From a virus (taxonomy: Duplodnaviria; Caudoviricetes), in IMG/VR virus record IMGVR_UViG_3300033407_000046, positions 1-42,636 of that record: a stretch of DNA of 42,636 nucleotides; one strand, written 5' to 3'. The notes beneath the pieces were generated by a model that worked only from the letters and a program-made list of their open reading frames with translations, made no database searches and had not been told where the DNA came from. The position numbers and the translations under genes were made by a program. Within the stretch, counting starts at the first letter, position 1. Every line of letters begins with the position of its first letter. This document shows, piece by piece, positions 17,018 through 26,921 of the stretch.

Positions 17018-20000
17018 GTGAGCATCCTGAAAACCGATATCAAACTGATGGCCTCCGAACGCCTCACCGACTATGCCGACGGCGGCGGCGAGATGACCGG
17101 TACCGAGATCACCGACGGCGAAGTCAATAACCTGTTTCCCGACATCTCGCGCCTCGACCGGGTCTATGGCCGGGTCAGTTTGCGCAAATCCTTCCTGGCC
17201 GTGATGACCGACAATAAAGACATGTACTATGGCAGCCACGCCATCATCGCCGACCCGCCCGACGACGACAACGTGCACGTCACGCTGTTTTCCACCGGCG
17301 ATTTTTACGACGAGCGCTCCGACGCCAAAAACCATATCGAGACCTACGTCACCCTGTCCCACGAGCTGGCACTCCGGCCCCTCGGCGATCAGCTCAAGGG
17401 CCAGTTCGCCCTCATCTGTTTTCAGTCTCCGGACAGCACCCTGCCCCGGGTCGGCGATACCATCGCCCTGCGCGACACCGTCACCGGCAACGAGCAATAT
17501 GTCCGCATCCAGGGCCTGACCAGCGAGCGCCAAAGCTATGTTCATGTCACCTATGGGGCCTTCGTCGCCGACCGGGTGACCATCGAGTTGTCCGCCGCGC
17601 TGCAATTCGCCTTCCCGGGTATCTCGCCGACCCCCTATGTGGCATCGGCTCAGACCCGCATCCATGCCACCGTGGTCGCCGACGCCGCCCGCTATTTCGG
17701 CGTGTCGCGCCTCACCGCCCCGGCCGTGTCCGGCGCCATGTCCCTGCAGATCGACAGCATCTACAATCAACTGGTGCCCACCAGCCAGATTGAAACCGCC
17801 CTGGTCGATCAACTGCTGACCGGCAGCAGCCAGACCATGACCGCCTCCGGCGCCGCCGGCAGCTTGACCTTTTCCGGTACCCGCTCCGACACCGCCGCCG
17901 TCATCCACCTGGCCACCGGCCTGCTGCCCGGCTCGCTGGCCTTGACCGTCGAGGGCCACGACTTCCGCGACGAGTCCGGCCGCCTGGTGGCCCTGGTCGA
18001 TGCCGGGGGCTACAGCGGGCTGGTCGATTACAGCGCCGGGCGCATCACCCTGGAAAAGACCGGCACCTGGAGCCAGACCGTCGCCCTCGCCGCCACCCCG
18101 GCCGCCGCCGTTTCCGAAGGGCAGTTCACGCAAGAAATATTCATCGAGCTGGCCAACCGCGCCTGGAACTACACCCCCAACCTGACGCCGAAGCCCGCGC
18201 CGGGGTCGCTGCGGGTCGATTATATGGCCATGGGCCAGTGGTACACCCTGACCGACAACGGCCGGGGCGTGCTGACCGGCAATCAGGACGGTATCGGCAC
18301 CGGCACCATCGATTACGCCAGCGGCTCGCTGCTGTTCACCGTCGGCGCCCTGCCCGACGTGGACAGCAGCATCATCTTTACCTGGGGCACCGGCATCTCC
18401 GCCACTGCCCGCCCCGGCGTCATCGACGGTCAGCCGGTAGTCATCGAGCACACCCTGCCCCACCAGGGGATCGAGCCCGGCAGCCTGAGCATCACCTGGG
18501 ACACCTATACCGCCACCGACAACGGGGCGGGGGCCATTACCGGCAACGCCACCGGCACCCTCAGTTATGGCGACGGGATTATCCGCTTCACTCCGGCCAT
18601 CATCCCCGCCAGCGGCACGGCCTTCGCCCTCAGCTATCGCCGCGAGCATCCCGGGTCCGGCACCATCACCGCCCTCGCCGCCAACGGCGACCAGCTCACC
18701 TTTACCATCCCCAACGCCCCGCTGCGCCCCGGCAGCGTGTCCCTCTCCTGGAGCATAGAGCAGATCAAGGACGTGCAGACCAACGGCACCGTCAGCACCC
18801 GCACCGTCACCAAGCGCGCCAGCGACAACGGCTCCGGCGGATTGGTCGGGGCCACAGGCTCGATCAATTACGCGACCGGCCAGGTGGTGGTGGTGGCCAT
18901 GGAGGACTACCAATATAAAAAATATTCCATCGTGCCCGACCCCGGCCACCCTTTCCTCCGCCAGAGCATCGTCGTCACCATGGTCTCCGCCGGACAAGAT
19001 CCTCCGGACGCCGTGCTGGTGAAATATCAGCAGGATATCGCCGCCGACTGGGAAGATCAGACCGACAGCATCGCCGCCGGAGACCTGACCATCGACCTGA
19101 CCCCGACCACCGTCGAAGCCATCGTGCCCGGCTCGGTGCTGATCGATCTGGCCGCCAGCCGCTACTACGATGTCGGCGGGGCCCTGTACCGCGACCGCGA
19201 CACCGCCACCGGCGCCGGCACCCTGGCCGGGTCGATCAACTACGAAACCGGTCAGGTCGCCATCGACAGCTACCCGCAACTGGCCACCACCACCGTCACC
19301 CTGGCCGCCCTGCTCACCCGCAGCGCCGCCTGCGCTCAGCACGAGATGACCCTGCGCACCCCCGGCGCGCCGGTGCGCGACGGCTCGCTGAGCCTGCGGG
19401 CCGCGCTGCCCGACGGCACCCAGATTACCGCCATCGCCGCCAATGACGGTGAAATCAGCGACACCCTGGTGTCCGGCAGCATCGATACCTCCGTCGGCGT
19501 GGTGCGCCTGCAGTTTGGTCAATGGGTAACCGCCGCCGGCAACGAGGAGGAGTCCTGGTACGATCCGGCCCTGGTGATCGAGGGCCAAATCTGGCAGCCG
19601 ATGGGCGTGATCCCCGAAACCGCCCTCTACAACTGCGTGATCTACAGCTTTTTGCCCCTCGACGCCGCCCTGATCGGCATCGAGCCGGTGCGCTTGCCCC
19701 TCGACGGCCGGGTGCCGATCCTGCGCAAGGGCGATGTGGCCGTAATCCACCACACCGCCGACGAACTGCTGCCCGACAATCTCACCGCCGGCCAGCAGGT
19801 GGCCCTGTCCCGGGACAACCTCTCGCTGGTCGAGCTGCGCGACCAGGACGGCGACCTGGTCGACGAAACCCTCTACGCCGTGGCTTTGACCACCGGCGTC
19901 GTGACCATGGCCACGCCCCTCGACCTGGCCGCCTACACCCAGCCGCTGGTTGCCGCCCACCGCATCGAAGACATGGTGCTGCTCGCCGAAGCCCAAATCA

Positions 20001-20527
20001 ACGGCGCCCTGCGCACCGTCGGCCCGATCACCCACGATTTCCCGGCCAACACGACGCAAGTGGCCGGCGCGCTGATCTTCAGCGACTTGGCCGCCCGCAT
20101 CGTCCGCCAATTTACCCAGAAAACCTGGGACAATATCTGGTCCGACAGCCGCAACGGCGACGACACCACCGCCAAATACGACAGCCTCCACTACCCGATC
20201 GCCGTCACCAACCGCGGTGCCCTCGCCCAGCGCTGGTGCATCAAATTTACCGCCGCCACCACTTTTGACGTGATCGGCGAGCAGCTCGGCGTCATCGCCA
20301 CCGGCACCACCAATTCCCAAGTTTCGCCCCTCAACCCGGCCACCGAGGTGCCCTATTTCATCATCGACCCCCAAGGCTGGGGCACCGGCTGGGCCACCGG
20401 CAACTGCCTGCGCTTCGACACCTCGGCAGCCAACGCGCCCCTGTGGCTGGCCCGCACCACCATGCCCGGCCCGGTCGAAGAGCCGACCGATAATTTCACG
20501 CTGCAACTGCGAGGAGACGCCAACTAA
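17018..20527 (+). CDS. Large tail protein with internal repeats
   Basis: GTG start. NNLFPDISRLDRVYGRVSLRK and repeated G(T/S)I(D/N)Y.(S/T)G units. Confidence 0.85.
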   Translation: MSILKTDIKLMASERLTDYADGGGEMTGTEITDGEVNNLFPDISRLDRVYGRVSLRKSFLAVMTDNKDMYYGSHAIIADPPDDDNVHVTLFSTGDFYDERSDAKNHIETYVTLSHELALRPLGDQLKGQFALICFQSPDSTLPRVGDTIALRDTVTGNEQYVRIQGLTSERQSYVHVTYGAFVADRVTIELSAALQFAFPGISPTPYVASAQTRIHATVVADAARYFGVSRLTAPAVSGAMSLQIDSIYNQLVPTSQIETALVDQLLTGSSQTMTASGAAGSLTFSGTRSDTAAVIHLATGLLPGSLALTVEGHDFRDESGRLVALVDAGGYSGLVDYSAGRITLEKTGTWSQTVALAATPAAAVSEGQFTQEIFIELANRAWNYTPNLTPKPAPGSLRVDYMAMGQWYTLTDNGRGVLTGNQDGIGTGTIDYASGSLLFTVGALPDVDSSIIFTWGTGISATARPGVIDGQPVVIEHTLPHQGIEPGSLSITWDTYTATDNGAGAITGNATGTLSYGDGIIRFTPAIIPASGTAFALSYRREHPGSGTITALAANGDQLTFTIPNAPLRPGSVSLSWSIEQIKDVQTNGTVSTRTVTKRASDNGSGGLVGATGSINYATGQVVVVAMEDYQYKKYSIVPDPGHPFLRQSIVVTMVSAGQDPPDAVLVKYQQDIAADWEDQTDSIAAGDLTIDLTPTTVEAIVPGSVLIDLAASRYYDVGGALYRDRDTATGAGTLAGSINYETGQVAIDSYPQLATTTVTLAALLTRSAACAQHEMTLRTPGAPVRDGSLSLRAALPDGTQITAIAANDGEISDTLVSGSIDTSVGVVRLQFGQWVTAAGNEEESWYDPALVIEGQIWQPMGVIPETALYNCVIYSFLPLDAALIGIEPVRLPLDGRVPILRKGDVAVIHHTADELLPDNLTAGQQVALSRDNLSLVELRDQDGDLVDETLYAVALTTGVVTMATPLDLAAYTQPLVAAHRIEDMVLLAEAQINGALRTVGPITHDFPANTTQVAGALIFSDLAARIVRQFTQKTWDNIWSDSRNGDDTTAKYDSLHYPIAVTNRGALAQRWCIKFTAATTFDVIGEQLGVIATGTTNSQVSPLNPATEVPYFIIDPQGWGTGWATGNCLRFDTSAANAPLWLARTTMPGPVEEPTDNFTLQLRGDAN

Positions 20528-21460
20528 ATGAGCACCGTCCGAGTCTATAAATCCACCGACAGCGGCGCCCCGGCCCATCCAACGGCCACCAAGGGGACGA
20601 TGGCCGCTCTGCTGAGGGCCTGCCTGGTCACCGGCTATGGCAGCAAAGCCCCGGCCGGGTGGTCGGAACCCCATGTCGAATCCGGCAACATCGCCTGTTT
20701 CCGGGCGCCGGAAGGGGCACAACAGTTTTTCCAACTGGCGGATACTCAGGCAACCAATGTCAATGTCGCCGTCATGGCCGGCTTCGAATCCATGTCGGAT
20801 GTTGCAACCGGCCAAGGCGGCTGGGGGTCCAAATATTTTGGCAAACGATCGACCGTCGTCGGCAGCACCGCCTGGTGGGTTGTCGCTGATGAGCGCACGG
20901 TCTATGTGTTTTTGGATACGACCCGGGGTCTGACCGGTCATGTCTTTGGTGAGTACCGCAGCTTCGTGGACGACGACCCGTACAACTCATTGATTGGCGG
21001 GCATCAGAACGCCGGGGGGGTCTACACTATTAGCGGGCCATCCCCTAACGCCAATGCCGGGGTACTATTTTTGAACCCCGGGAAAAAGGTAACAGATACC
21101 TTTACGGCGACAGTGTCCTCTTTCTATGATGGGCCGAGTCATGCTAAAAATGGGGTATCGACCATAGGCCCCACGGGGCTGGCAAACAATAGCGCTTTTA
21201 TCAATGGTGCGCTCCAATTTCCGGTAGTCGCAGCGCTCAGCTATCCCGTCGTGACTCCCTACATCATCAACGGCTCCAACGGGTCAGTCTGCGGCAGATA
21301 TCGGGGGATTTATTGCCCTCTGGCCTTCCGCCCCAAAACCCACGGCACCACGTTTGAGCTCGGTGGCAAAACCTTTTTGCCCCTCGACCTCGGCTACGGA
21401 ACAGGCGGAGACACACACGGCCAGGTCTGGCTGGATACCACCGGGACCTGGGAGGTTTAG
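20528..21460 (+). CDS. Virion structural/putative receptor-binding protein
   Basis: STDSGAP..LRACLVTGYG..AGW N-terminus. C-terminal half has atypical codon usage. Confidence 0.7.
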   Translation: MSTVRVYKSTDSGAPAHPTATKGTMAALLRACLVTGYGSKAPAGWSEPHVESGNIACFRAPEGAQQFFQLADTQATNVNVAVMAGFESMSDVATGQGGWGSKYFGKRSTVVGSTAWWVVADERTVYVFLDTTRGLTGHVFGEYRSFVDDDPYNSLIGGHQNAGGVYTISGPSPNANAGVLFLNPGKKVTDTFTATVSSFYDGPSHAKNGVSTIGPTGLANNSAFINGALQFPVVAALSYPVVTPYIINGSNGSVCGRYRGIYCPLAFRPKTHGTTFELGGKTFLPLDLGYGTGGDTHGQVWLDTTGTWEV

Positions 21461-21462
21461 CC

Positions 21463-21789
21463 ATGGCGGGTCCAATACTGGCGGAAGTCATTGTGGTATC
21501 CGGAATCCCGTGGCCGTCTGTCCCCCACCGCATTGAGGGGCAGACTCTGCTCGATGGTCAGCCGGTGCAAAGGCGGGTGGAGATCCGCACCCGCCGCACC
21601 TTAGCCTATATCGCCAGCACGGTCAGTTGTGCCGCCGGCACTTTCACTTTTCGGCACCTGCCCGAGCAAAACCTGGCCAATCCCTATATCGTGACCTGTT
21701 TTGACGACCAGCCAACCGATCCCGGCAACGCCTTGGTCTTCGATTATATCTACCAGGTCGACGACGCAGGGAACCCGCCGCAAACCTAA
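21463..21789 (+). CDS. Tail-associated beta-sandwich protein
   Basis: IEGQTLLDGQPVQRRV...GTFTF. Confidence 0.65.
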   Translation: MAGPILAEVIVVSGIPWPSVPHRIEGQTLLDGQPVQRRVEIRTRRTLAYIASTVSCAAGTFTFRHLPEQNLANPYIVTCFDDQPTDPGNALVFDYIYQVDDAGNPPQT

Positions 21790-21798
21790 GGAGCGCCG

Positions 21799-22209
21799 AT
21801 GGCCACCTCGGAATATCTCGAACAACAAGTGCTCGGCCACCTGCTGCGCTCCGCCGCCTGGACCAAACCGGCCGCCATCTACCTGGCCCTGCTCACCGCC
21901 CTGCCCGACGACGTGGGCGGGCTGGTGGAAGTGACCGCCGCCGATTACGCCCGCATGGCCGTGGGTCCGGATGATGCCGTGTGGATTCTCCGCGATCCGG
22001 ACCAGGCACACATCAACGCCGCGACGCTGTTATGGGACGAGCCGGTCAACGATTGGGGTACCCTGACCGGCGTGGCCCTGTTCGATGCCGCCACCGCCGG
22101 CAACCTGCTGCCCTGGAGCGCCCTGGCCGCGCCAAAAGTGGTTTCCGCCGGTGGCCCGGCCGTGATGTTCCAGCCCGGCGCGCTGGCCTTTGCCATGAAC
22201 GATGGCTGA
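21799..22209 (+). CDS. Minor tail/tail fibre-associated protein
   Basis: SEYLE..LGHLLR, YLALLTA, WGTLTGVALFDAATAGNLL. Confidence 0.8.
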   Translation: MATSEYLEQQVLGHLLRSAAWTKPAAIYLALLTALPDDVGGLVEVTAADYARMAVGPDDAVWILRDPDQAHINAATLLWDEPVNDWGTLTGVALFDAATAGNLLPWSALAAPKVVSAGGPAVMFQPGALAFAMNDG

Positions 22210-24244
22210 TCTGCTCTTTGAGGCACTCAGCCAGCCGGCCTATGTGCCCCCGTCCGGGGATGCCCTTATCTTTGGCGGGGAGCAGGCAACCGGCCCCATC
22301 GAACTATCGGCGCAGTGCTCTCTAAGCATCACGGCCACCGCCGCGCTGCGCCTGGTGCACCTGGCCGTCGCCACGGTGGATCTCGGCATCACGGCCACCG
22401 CCATTTCCGGCGGGGTGTTTTCCCTGTCCGCCGACATCGCCCTGCCGGTGAGCGCCTCGGCCGCCGCGACGCTGGTGGTGGCCCTCGATCCGGTAACGGT
22501 GACGCTACAGCTAACCGCCACCGCCGCCACCGCGCCGAGCTGGTACGTGCCGCGCCCCTTCGGTGGCAGCACCCGCGCCCGCTGGGGCGATGCCGCCCTC
22601 GCCGAGCACCACATCTGCCACCCCTACGTCCAGGCGCCGCCGATCGAGCCGCAAACGGCCCTTCCCTGGGGCGAGCAGCAACGCATCGAGCAACACCTGG
22701 CCGCGATCTGGGCCGACATCCCCCCTTGCGAGACCGGGGTCGCCGTGCCCTGGGCCGACCTGACCGACCAGCCCCAGCGCGCCGCCGGTCTGGGGTATAC
22801 CCACCCGTCGATCAAAAACCAAGAGCGAATGGTGATCCCCTGGGGTGGAATGCTCGATCCCCTGGCCGCCACCCTGGCCGCCAGCTATCTCCACCCGGCG
22901 CGCAACGAGCGGGCAGAGGTAATATCCTGGGACGACTTCGGCGAGCTGCTGTCCGCCACCCTGAGCCTGCCGCACAGCCACCCGCCGCCCAAGGATGTAG
23001 AAAAGCCGATCATCAGCGGGCCCTATTGGTACCCGCGCTGGTGCATCAACCGTTATGATGCGCCGGACGGGAGCCGTCTCGTCTTTGCCGCCGTCACCGG
23101 CAACTATCAACCGCCCCAGGGCGGCGCGCTGGTATTCGCCGACCTGTCGGCCAACTATCCCCGCCACTGCTTCGACGGCACCTGGAACGGCCCCAAGGAC
23201 CCCTACTGGTACAAGCCCCGCAACTGGAGTATCGCCCAGCCCAATAATCGGAGGGTCTACCTCATCATGAATACCGTCAGCCTCACCCGCCTGATCGACA
23301 GCGTGCCGATCCCCGTCGAGACCCTGGCCATCGCCTCAACCCGCGACAGTTGGGCCTGGACCCTCAGCGCCACCCTCGTCCGCAAGTCAGACCTCGACCT
23401 GGTCCGCCCCACCGGCGGGGCACCCGTCGAAGTCGAAGCCGTCATCAACGGCCTGGCCTGGCGCTTCGCCATCGAGGAATACGGCGAAGAAATCCGCTTC
23501 GGCCAGCGCGCCTACAGCGCCACCGGCCGCAGCCTCGCCGCCTATCTGGCCGATCCCTACAGCGCCCCGCGCGATCATGTGCAGGTCCAACAGCGCTCCG
23601 CCCAGCAGCTCGCCGAAGAAGAGCTCATCGATACCGGTTTCAGCCTCGTCTGGACCCTGCCCGAATGGCTGATCCCCGGCGGCGTCTGGAGCTACCAGGG
23701 GCAAACCCCCATCCAGGCCATCGCCCAGATCGCCAGCGCCGCCGGCGGGGTGGTACAGTCCCACCCCTCCGCCCGGCAACTACAGGTCCAACCCTGGTAC
23801 CCGACCCTCCCTTGGGCCTGGGGCGGAATGATCATCGACGCCGCGGTACCGTCATCCATGATCGACAGCCGCCGTGCGAGATTCGAACCCCGCCCGGCCT
23901 ACACCGGCGTTTACTGCCGAGGCCAGCAGCAGGGAGTCACCGCTTTCGTCCGCCGCACCGGCACCGACGGCAGCCGCCTCGCCGGACAGCAGGTCCACAG
24001 CCTGATAACCGCCACCGAACCCGGCCTGGCCCTCGGCAAGAAAATCCTCGCCGACAGCGGCCCGCGAAGCATCGAAACCCTCAACCTGCCCCTGCTCGAC
24101 AACCCCGGTCTCCTCGCCCCGGGCGCCCTCATCGAGGTCCAGGACACAACCACCTGGTACGGCCAGATCATCAGCACCAACATCAACGCCCAGCGCCCGG
24201 CCGTCAACCAGACCGTCAACGTGCTGCGCTACCACGGGAGCTAA
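22202..24244 (+). CDS. Tail tip/hub protein
   Basis: 680 aa with W-containing repeats and a hub-like C-terminus, expected gene order. Confidence 0.75.
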   Translation: MADLLFEALSQPAYVPPSGDALIFGGEQATGPIELSAQCSLSITATAALRLVHLAVATVDLGITATAISGGVFSLSADIALPVSASAAATLVVALDPVTVTLQLTATAATAPSWYVPRPFGGSTRARWGDAALAEHHICHPYVQAPPIEPQTALPWGEQQRIEQHLAAIWADIPPCETGVAVPWADLTDQPQRAAGLGYTHPSIKNQERMVIPWGGMLDPLAATLAASYLHPARNERAEVISWDDFGELLSATLSLPHSHPPPKDVEKPIISGPYWYPRWCINRYDAPDGSRLVFAAVTGNYQPPQGGALVFADLSANYPRHCFDGTWNGPKDPYWYKPRNWSIAQPNNRRVYLIMNTVSLTRLIDSVPIPVETLAIASTRDSWAWTLSATLVRKSDLDLVRPTGGAPVEVEAVINGLAWRFAIEEYGEEIRFGQRAYSATGRSLAAYLADPYSAPRDHVQVQQRSAQQLAEEELIDTGFSLVWTLPEWLIPGGVWSYQGQTPIQAIAQIASAAGGVVQSHPSARQLQVQPWYPTLPWAWGGMIIDAAVPSSMIDSRRARFEPRPAYTGVYCRGQQQGVTAFVRRTGTDGSRLAGQQVHSLITATEPGLALGKKILADSGPRSIETLNLPLLDNPGLLAPGALIEVQDTTTWYGQIISTNINAQRPAVNQTVNVLRYHGS

Positions 24245-24248
24245 AAAA

Positions 24249-24473
24249 ATGAACCTCTGGAAACGCTTCCAGGACCTGCTGCCAAAAGAACCGCTCCTCA
24301 CCGCCACCGTCGCCGCCCACAACAGCGACGGCACCAGCACCGTCCAATTCCCCGGCAACGGCATCGCCCGAGTAAAAGGCCAAACCGTAGCCGTAGGCCT
24401 CATGGCCTACGTCCAGGGAGGCTGGATCAAGGCCGAAGCCCCGAATTTGCCGGTGTATGAGTTTGAGGTATAA
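24249..24473 (+). CDS. Small terminal tail-module protein
   Basis: MNLWKRFQDLLP...EAPNLP. GGGAG RBS. Confidence 0.75.
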   Translation: MNLWKRFQDLLPKEPLLTATVAAHNSDGTSTVQFPGNGIARVKGQTVAVGLMAYVQGGWIKAEAPNLPVYEFEV

Positions 24474-24475
24474 TT

Positions 24476-24500
24476 GGGTGTAGTGGGATGTAGTGAGATG
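24476..24500. other. Candidate integrase arm-type sites
   Basis: Tandem TGTAGTGRGA repeats about 50 bp from the att core. Confidence 0.45.
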
Positions 24501-24504
24501 GCAT

Positions 24505-24546
24505 AAAAAAAGGGGATATGGAAAACACCCATAACCCCTTGTTTTT
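24505..24546. terminator. Bidirectional terminator between the tail operon and int/tRNA
   Basis: A-tract-AGGGGATATGG...CCATAACCCCTT-T-tract. Confidence 0.7.
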
Positions 24547-24548
24547 AT

Positions 24549-24594
24549 TGGTGCCCAGGGACGGAATCGAACCGCCGACACGAGGATTTTCAGT
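24549..24594 (-). other. attP: attP core: 3' half of tRNA-Phe(GAA)
   Basis: Reverse complement is ACTGAAAATCCTCGTGTCGGCGGTTCGATTCCGTCCCTGGGCACCA (anticodon loop, T-arm, CCA), adjacent to the integrase 3' end. Confidence 0.93.
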
Positions 24595-24612
24595 ATTATT
24601 TGCACTTTGGAA

Positions 24613-25677
24613 TCATTCGTCATCTCGCGGGGTTATCTCCTCATCGGGTTGACTGGTGTAGCCGGGCAGTTTTGTTACCTCGCTGCGCAGGTGCTGGTTG
24701 CGCAGGTGGATGTATTCGCGGGTGGTGCGGATATCGCTGTGCCTGGCGATGGTCTGCAGGGCAGTGATTTCGACGCCGCATTCGATGCCGTGGGTGACGA
24801 AGCTGTGCCGGAACAGGTGGGCGTAGACGCGCTGGTCGATGCCGGCTTTTTCGGCCGCGCGGATGATCGCCTTGCGGATGCTGTGATAGGGCTTGCCATT
24901 GTTTTTGGGGTTGCGGAACAGGTACCCCAGGGGGTGCTGCCCTTTGGCTGTTTTCAGCACCTCGAACAATCGCGGGGTGGTGATGGGCAGGATCTTTTCC
25001 TTGTTGCCCTTGCCGATGACGCACACCTCGCGACTGTTGAGCCAGACGTCTTCTCCTTTGATCTGCAGCGCCTCTTCCCGTCTCAATCCCAGGTCATAAT
25101 ATAGCAGCAGGATCGGCCGGTATCGCTCCTCGATGTTGTCGATCACCGCCTGTACCTCGTCCATGCTCGGCACCCGGATCTGCGGCCGGCGCACTTTGGG
25201 GAACACCGGGATACGGAATGGTGGCTGGTTGCAATGACCATGGGCCGCCGCCCACTTCCAGAGGCTCGAAAACCAGGTTAGCTCTTTGTTGATCGTGCGT
25301 TTTCCGACCCCGTCTTGCAGCCGTGCAGTTTTATATTTTTCAATCAGGGGCTGGTTGAGGGCCGTCCAGAGTTTTTGCCCGAAGTGGGGCGATAGTTTCT
25401 TGAGACAGTTTTGAATGTCGAGGTAGGTGCTGGCTGCGTAATTGTTGCGCCCGGCTGCCAGCCACCCCGGCAGAGCGTCGATGACCTTGCCGTGCAGGGG
25501 CACGGCCGTCCCGTACTGGCGCCGGATCTGGGATTCCAGTTCCCAAGCCTCGCCCTCGGTCATGTCATTGGCTACCTGCTGCACCCGTTTGCCCTTGCGA
25601 CCCTGGGGGTAATAGTCGATGATCCAAGAGCGGGGGAGGATGTTGCCTTTGTTGTCTTTGTTGGGGCGGATGGACAT
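24613..25677 (-). CDS. int: Tyrosine integrase
   Basis: GLRREE, GKGNK, HLFRH, ARHSD, TREY catalytic residues. Confidence 0.95.
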   Translation of the reverse strand: MSIRPNKDNKGNILPRSWIIDYYPQGRKGKRVQQVANDMTEGEAWELESQIRRQYGTAVPLHGKVIDALPGWLAAGRNNYAASTYLDIQNCLKKLSPHFGQKLWTALNQPLIEKYKTARLQDGVGKRTINKELTWFSSLWKWAAAHGHCNQPPFRIPVFPKVRRPQIRVPSMDEVQAVIDNIEERYRPILLLYYDLGLRREEALQIKGEDVWLNSREVCVIGKGNKEKILPITTPRLFEVLKTAKGQHPLGYLFRNPKNNGKPYHSIRKAIIRAAEKAGIDQRVYAHLFRHSFVTHGIECGVEITALQTIARHSDIRTTREYIHLRNQHLRSEVTKLPGYTSQPDEEITPRDDE

Positions 25678-25732
25678 GGTTATCTACCTAAAAGCAACAC
25701 TTTGGATGTAGATGGCGCCGCGGGTCATGTGG

Positions 25733-26065
25733 TCACCGGCCCACCCGAACCCCTTCAAGAGGGAAGGACGTCCGCCCGAGGTAAACTTTCCCTTGCCACT
25801 GGCTGCCTTGACTCATCCTGCCGCCCTCGACCTTTCGGCAATACCGGTTGCCGTTGGGCGTAAAACCGCAAACATTCACATTCATGAGCGACGATCCGCT
25901 GCAGCTGTCGAGAGTGAGGGTGATTTCGGCGATATTGTCACCGTTAGAGCTGCGGTGTATTTGGTGGACTTCGATGAGCCAGCCATCGCTTTTTGCAGCA
26001 ATGGCGGGGGTGGTGATCAGGGCCAGTGCCGTTATGGCCAGAAAAACGAAGTGAAGATTTTTCAT
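25733..26065 (-). CDS. Secreted/periplasmic protein
   Basis: Signal peptide MKNLHFVFLAITALALITTPAIA. AAGGAG RBS. Confidence 0.7.
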   Translation of the reverse strand: MKNLHFVFLAITALALITTPAIAAKSDGWLIEVHQIHRSSNGDNIAEITLTLDSCSGSSLMNVNVCGFTPNGNRYCRKVEGGRMSQGSQWQGKVYLGRTSFPLEGVRVGR

Positions 26066-26090
26066 GTTCCTTCTCCTTTTGTTCCGTTGG

Positions 26091-26684
26091 CTACCGAAAA
26101 ACAACATTTTTAAGGTCCCATAGCTCACCTATCCCTGGAGTAACCTCGCAAATGTAATGAGAGCGGATCTTTGCGCCGAAACTGTTTTGCGAATCGACAT
26201 AGGATGAAACCCAGTATGTCTCCCCCCGGACAGAAACATATTCCTCTGAATACCAGGGAAAGTCGGCAGAGGAAGGGGCTTTAAGCCTCTCTTGCACGAA
26301 TTGCCCGCATACCGTATAGGCTTCGATTTTAAGGTTCCTTGGCGCGGGATCGGTTTTTGTTTCTGGCATTTTGTCCGGCCAAAGGAAGATGTTTGCCAGG
26401 AGAACAAGAAGAATCAACCCAACTGCTACCTTCAAGACACCAGCCAGCAGTTGGAAAATTAATTGACTTTGCCCAGGTGTAGTTGTTTGAGGGGTGAGAT
26501 CAGCTCCGCAATGACAGCACCGAATAGCCTGTTTTTTGATGGTCTCTGCGCAATAAAGACAGACCTTATTATCACCAGCCTCTACGGGGGCCGCTTTATG
26601 GATAACGCGAGATCGACAAAAAGGACAATTGGGGGCTTTGTCGGAAATCTTTCGGCCGCAAGATTGACAAATGATGAATGCCAT
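26091..26684 (-). CDS. Double zinc-ribbon membrane protein
   Basis: Four CxxC pairs, a TM helix, LKAPSSADF and VDSQNSFGA. Confidence 0.85.
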   Translation of the reverse strand: MAFIICQSCGRKISDKAPNCPFCRSRVIHKAAPVEAGDNKVCLYCAETIKKQAIRCCHCGADLTPQTTTPGQSQLIFQLLAGVLKVAVGLILLVLLANIFLWPDKMPETKTDPAPRNLKIEAYTVCGQFVQERLKAPSSADFPWYSEEYVSVRGETYWVSSYVDSQNSFGAKIRSHYICEVTPGIGELWDLKNVVFR

Positions 26685-26896
26685 TATTCAATGCCCCCTT
26701 TGCTTTTACACCTCATCCAGTGTTCAGTTTCAAGGACGGCCACCGCCCAGAAAGCAATTCGTTTTTGTCCTTCGACAGTAACTGCGCGCATCATCTCAAC
26801 TACTTCTCGCTCTATCTCTGACAAGACCATATAGCCCTCCGTTGGAAGAAAAATGAATTCTAAGTCAACGAAGTTTTTATAATGCACCTGGCCCAA
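26684..26896 (-). CDS. Small hypothetical protein
   Basis: Short ORF between the repressor and the Zn-ribbon gene. Likely start 26830. Confidence 0.45.
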   Translation of the reverse strand: MGQVHYKNFVDLEFIFLPTEGYMVLSEIEREVVEMMRAVTVEGQKRIAFWAVAVLETEHWMRCKSKGGIE

Positions 26897-26921
26897 AAAA
26901 AACAGCCTTTCTAATTATTTT

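Noticed and set aside
17012-20941. 1309-aa minus-strand ORF and similar antisense ORFs (13645-15057, 7799-8938, 40484-42142)
   Set aside because: Shadow frames caused by high GC and C-ending codon bias opposite well-supported genes
20528-24473. Diversity-generating retroelement or invertible tail-fibre system
   Set aside because: No reverse transcriptase, invertase, TR/VR pair or flanking inverted repeats seen
24549-24594. Functional tRNA gene
   Set aside because: Only the 3' half is present, with no D-arm or 5' acceptor strand. It is an att core
24613-25677. Integron integrase IntI
   Set aside because: Lacks the IntI-specific insertion, lies beside a tRNA attP, and is over 11 kb from the array
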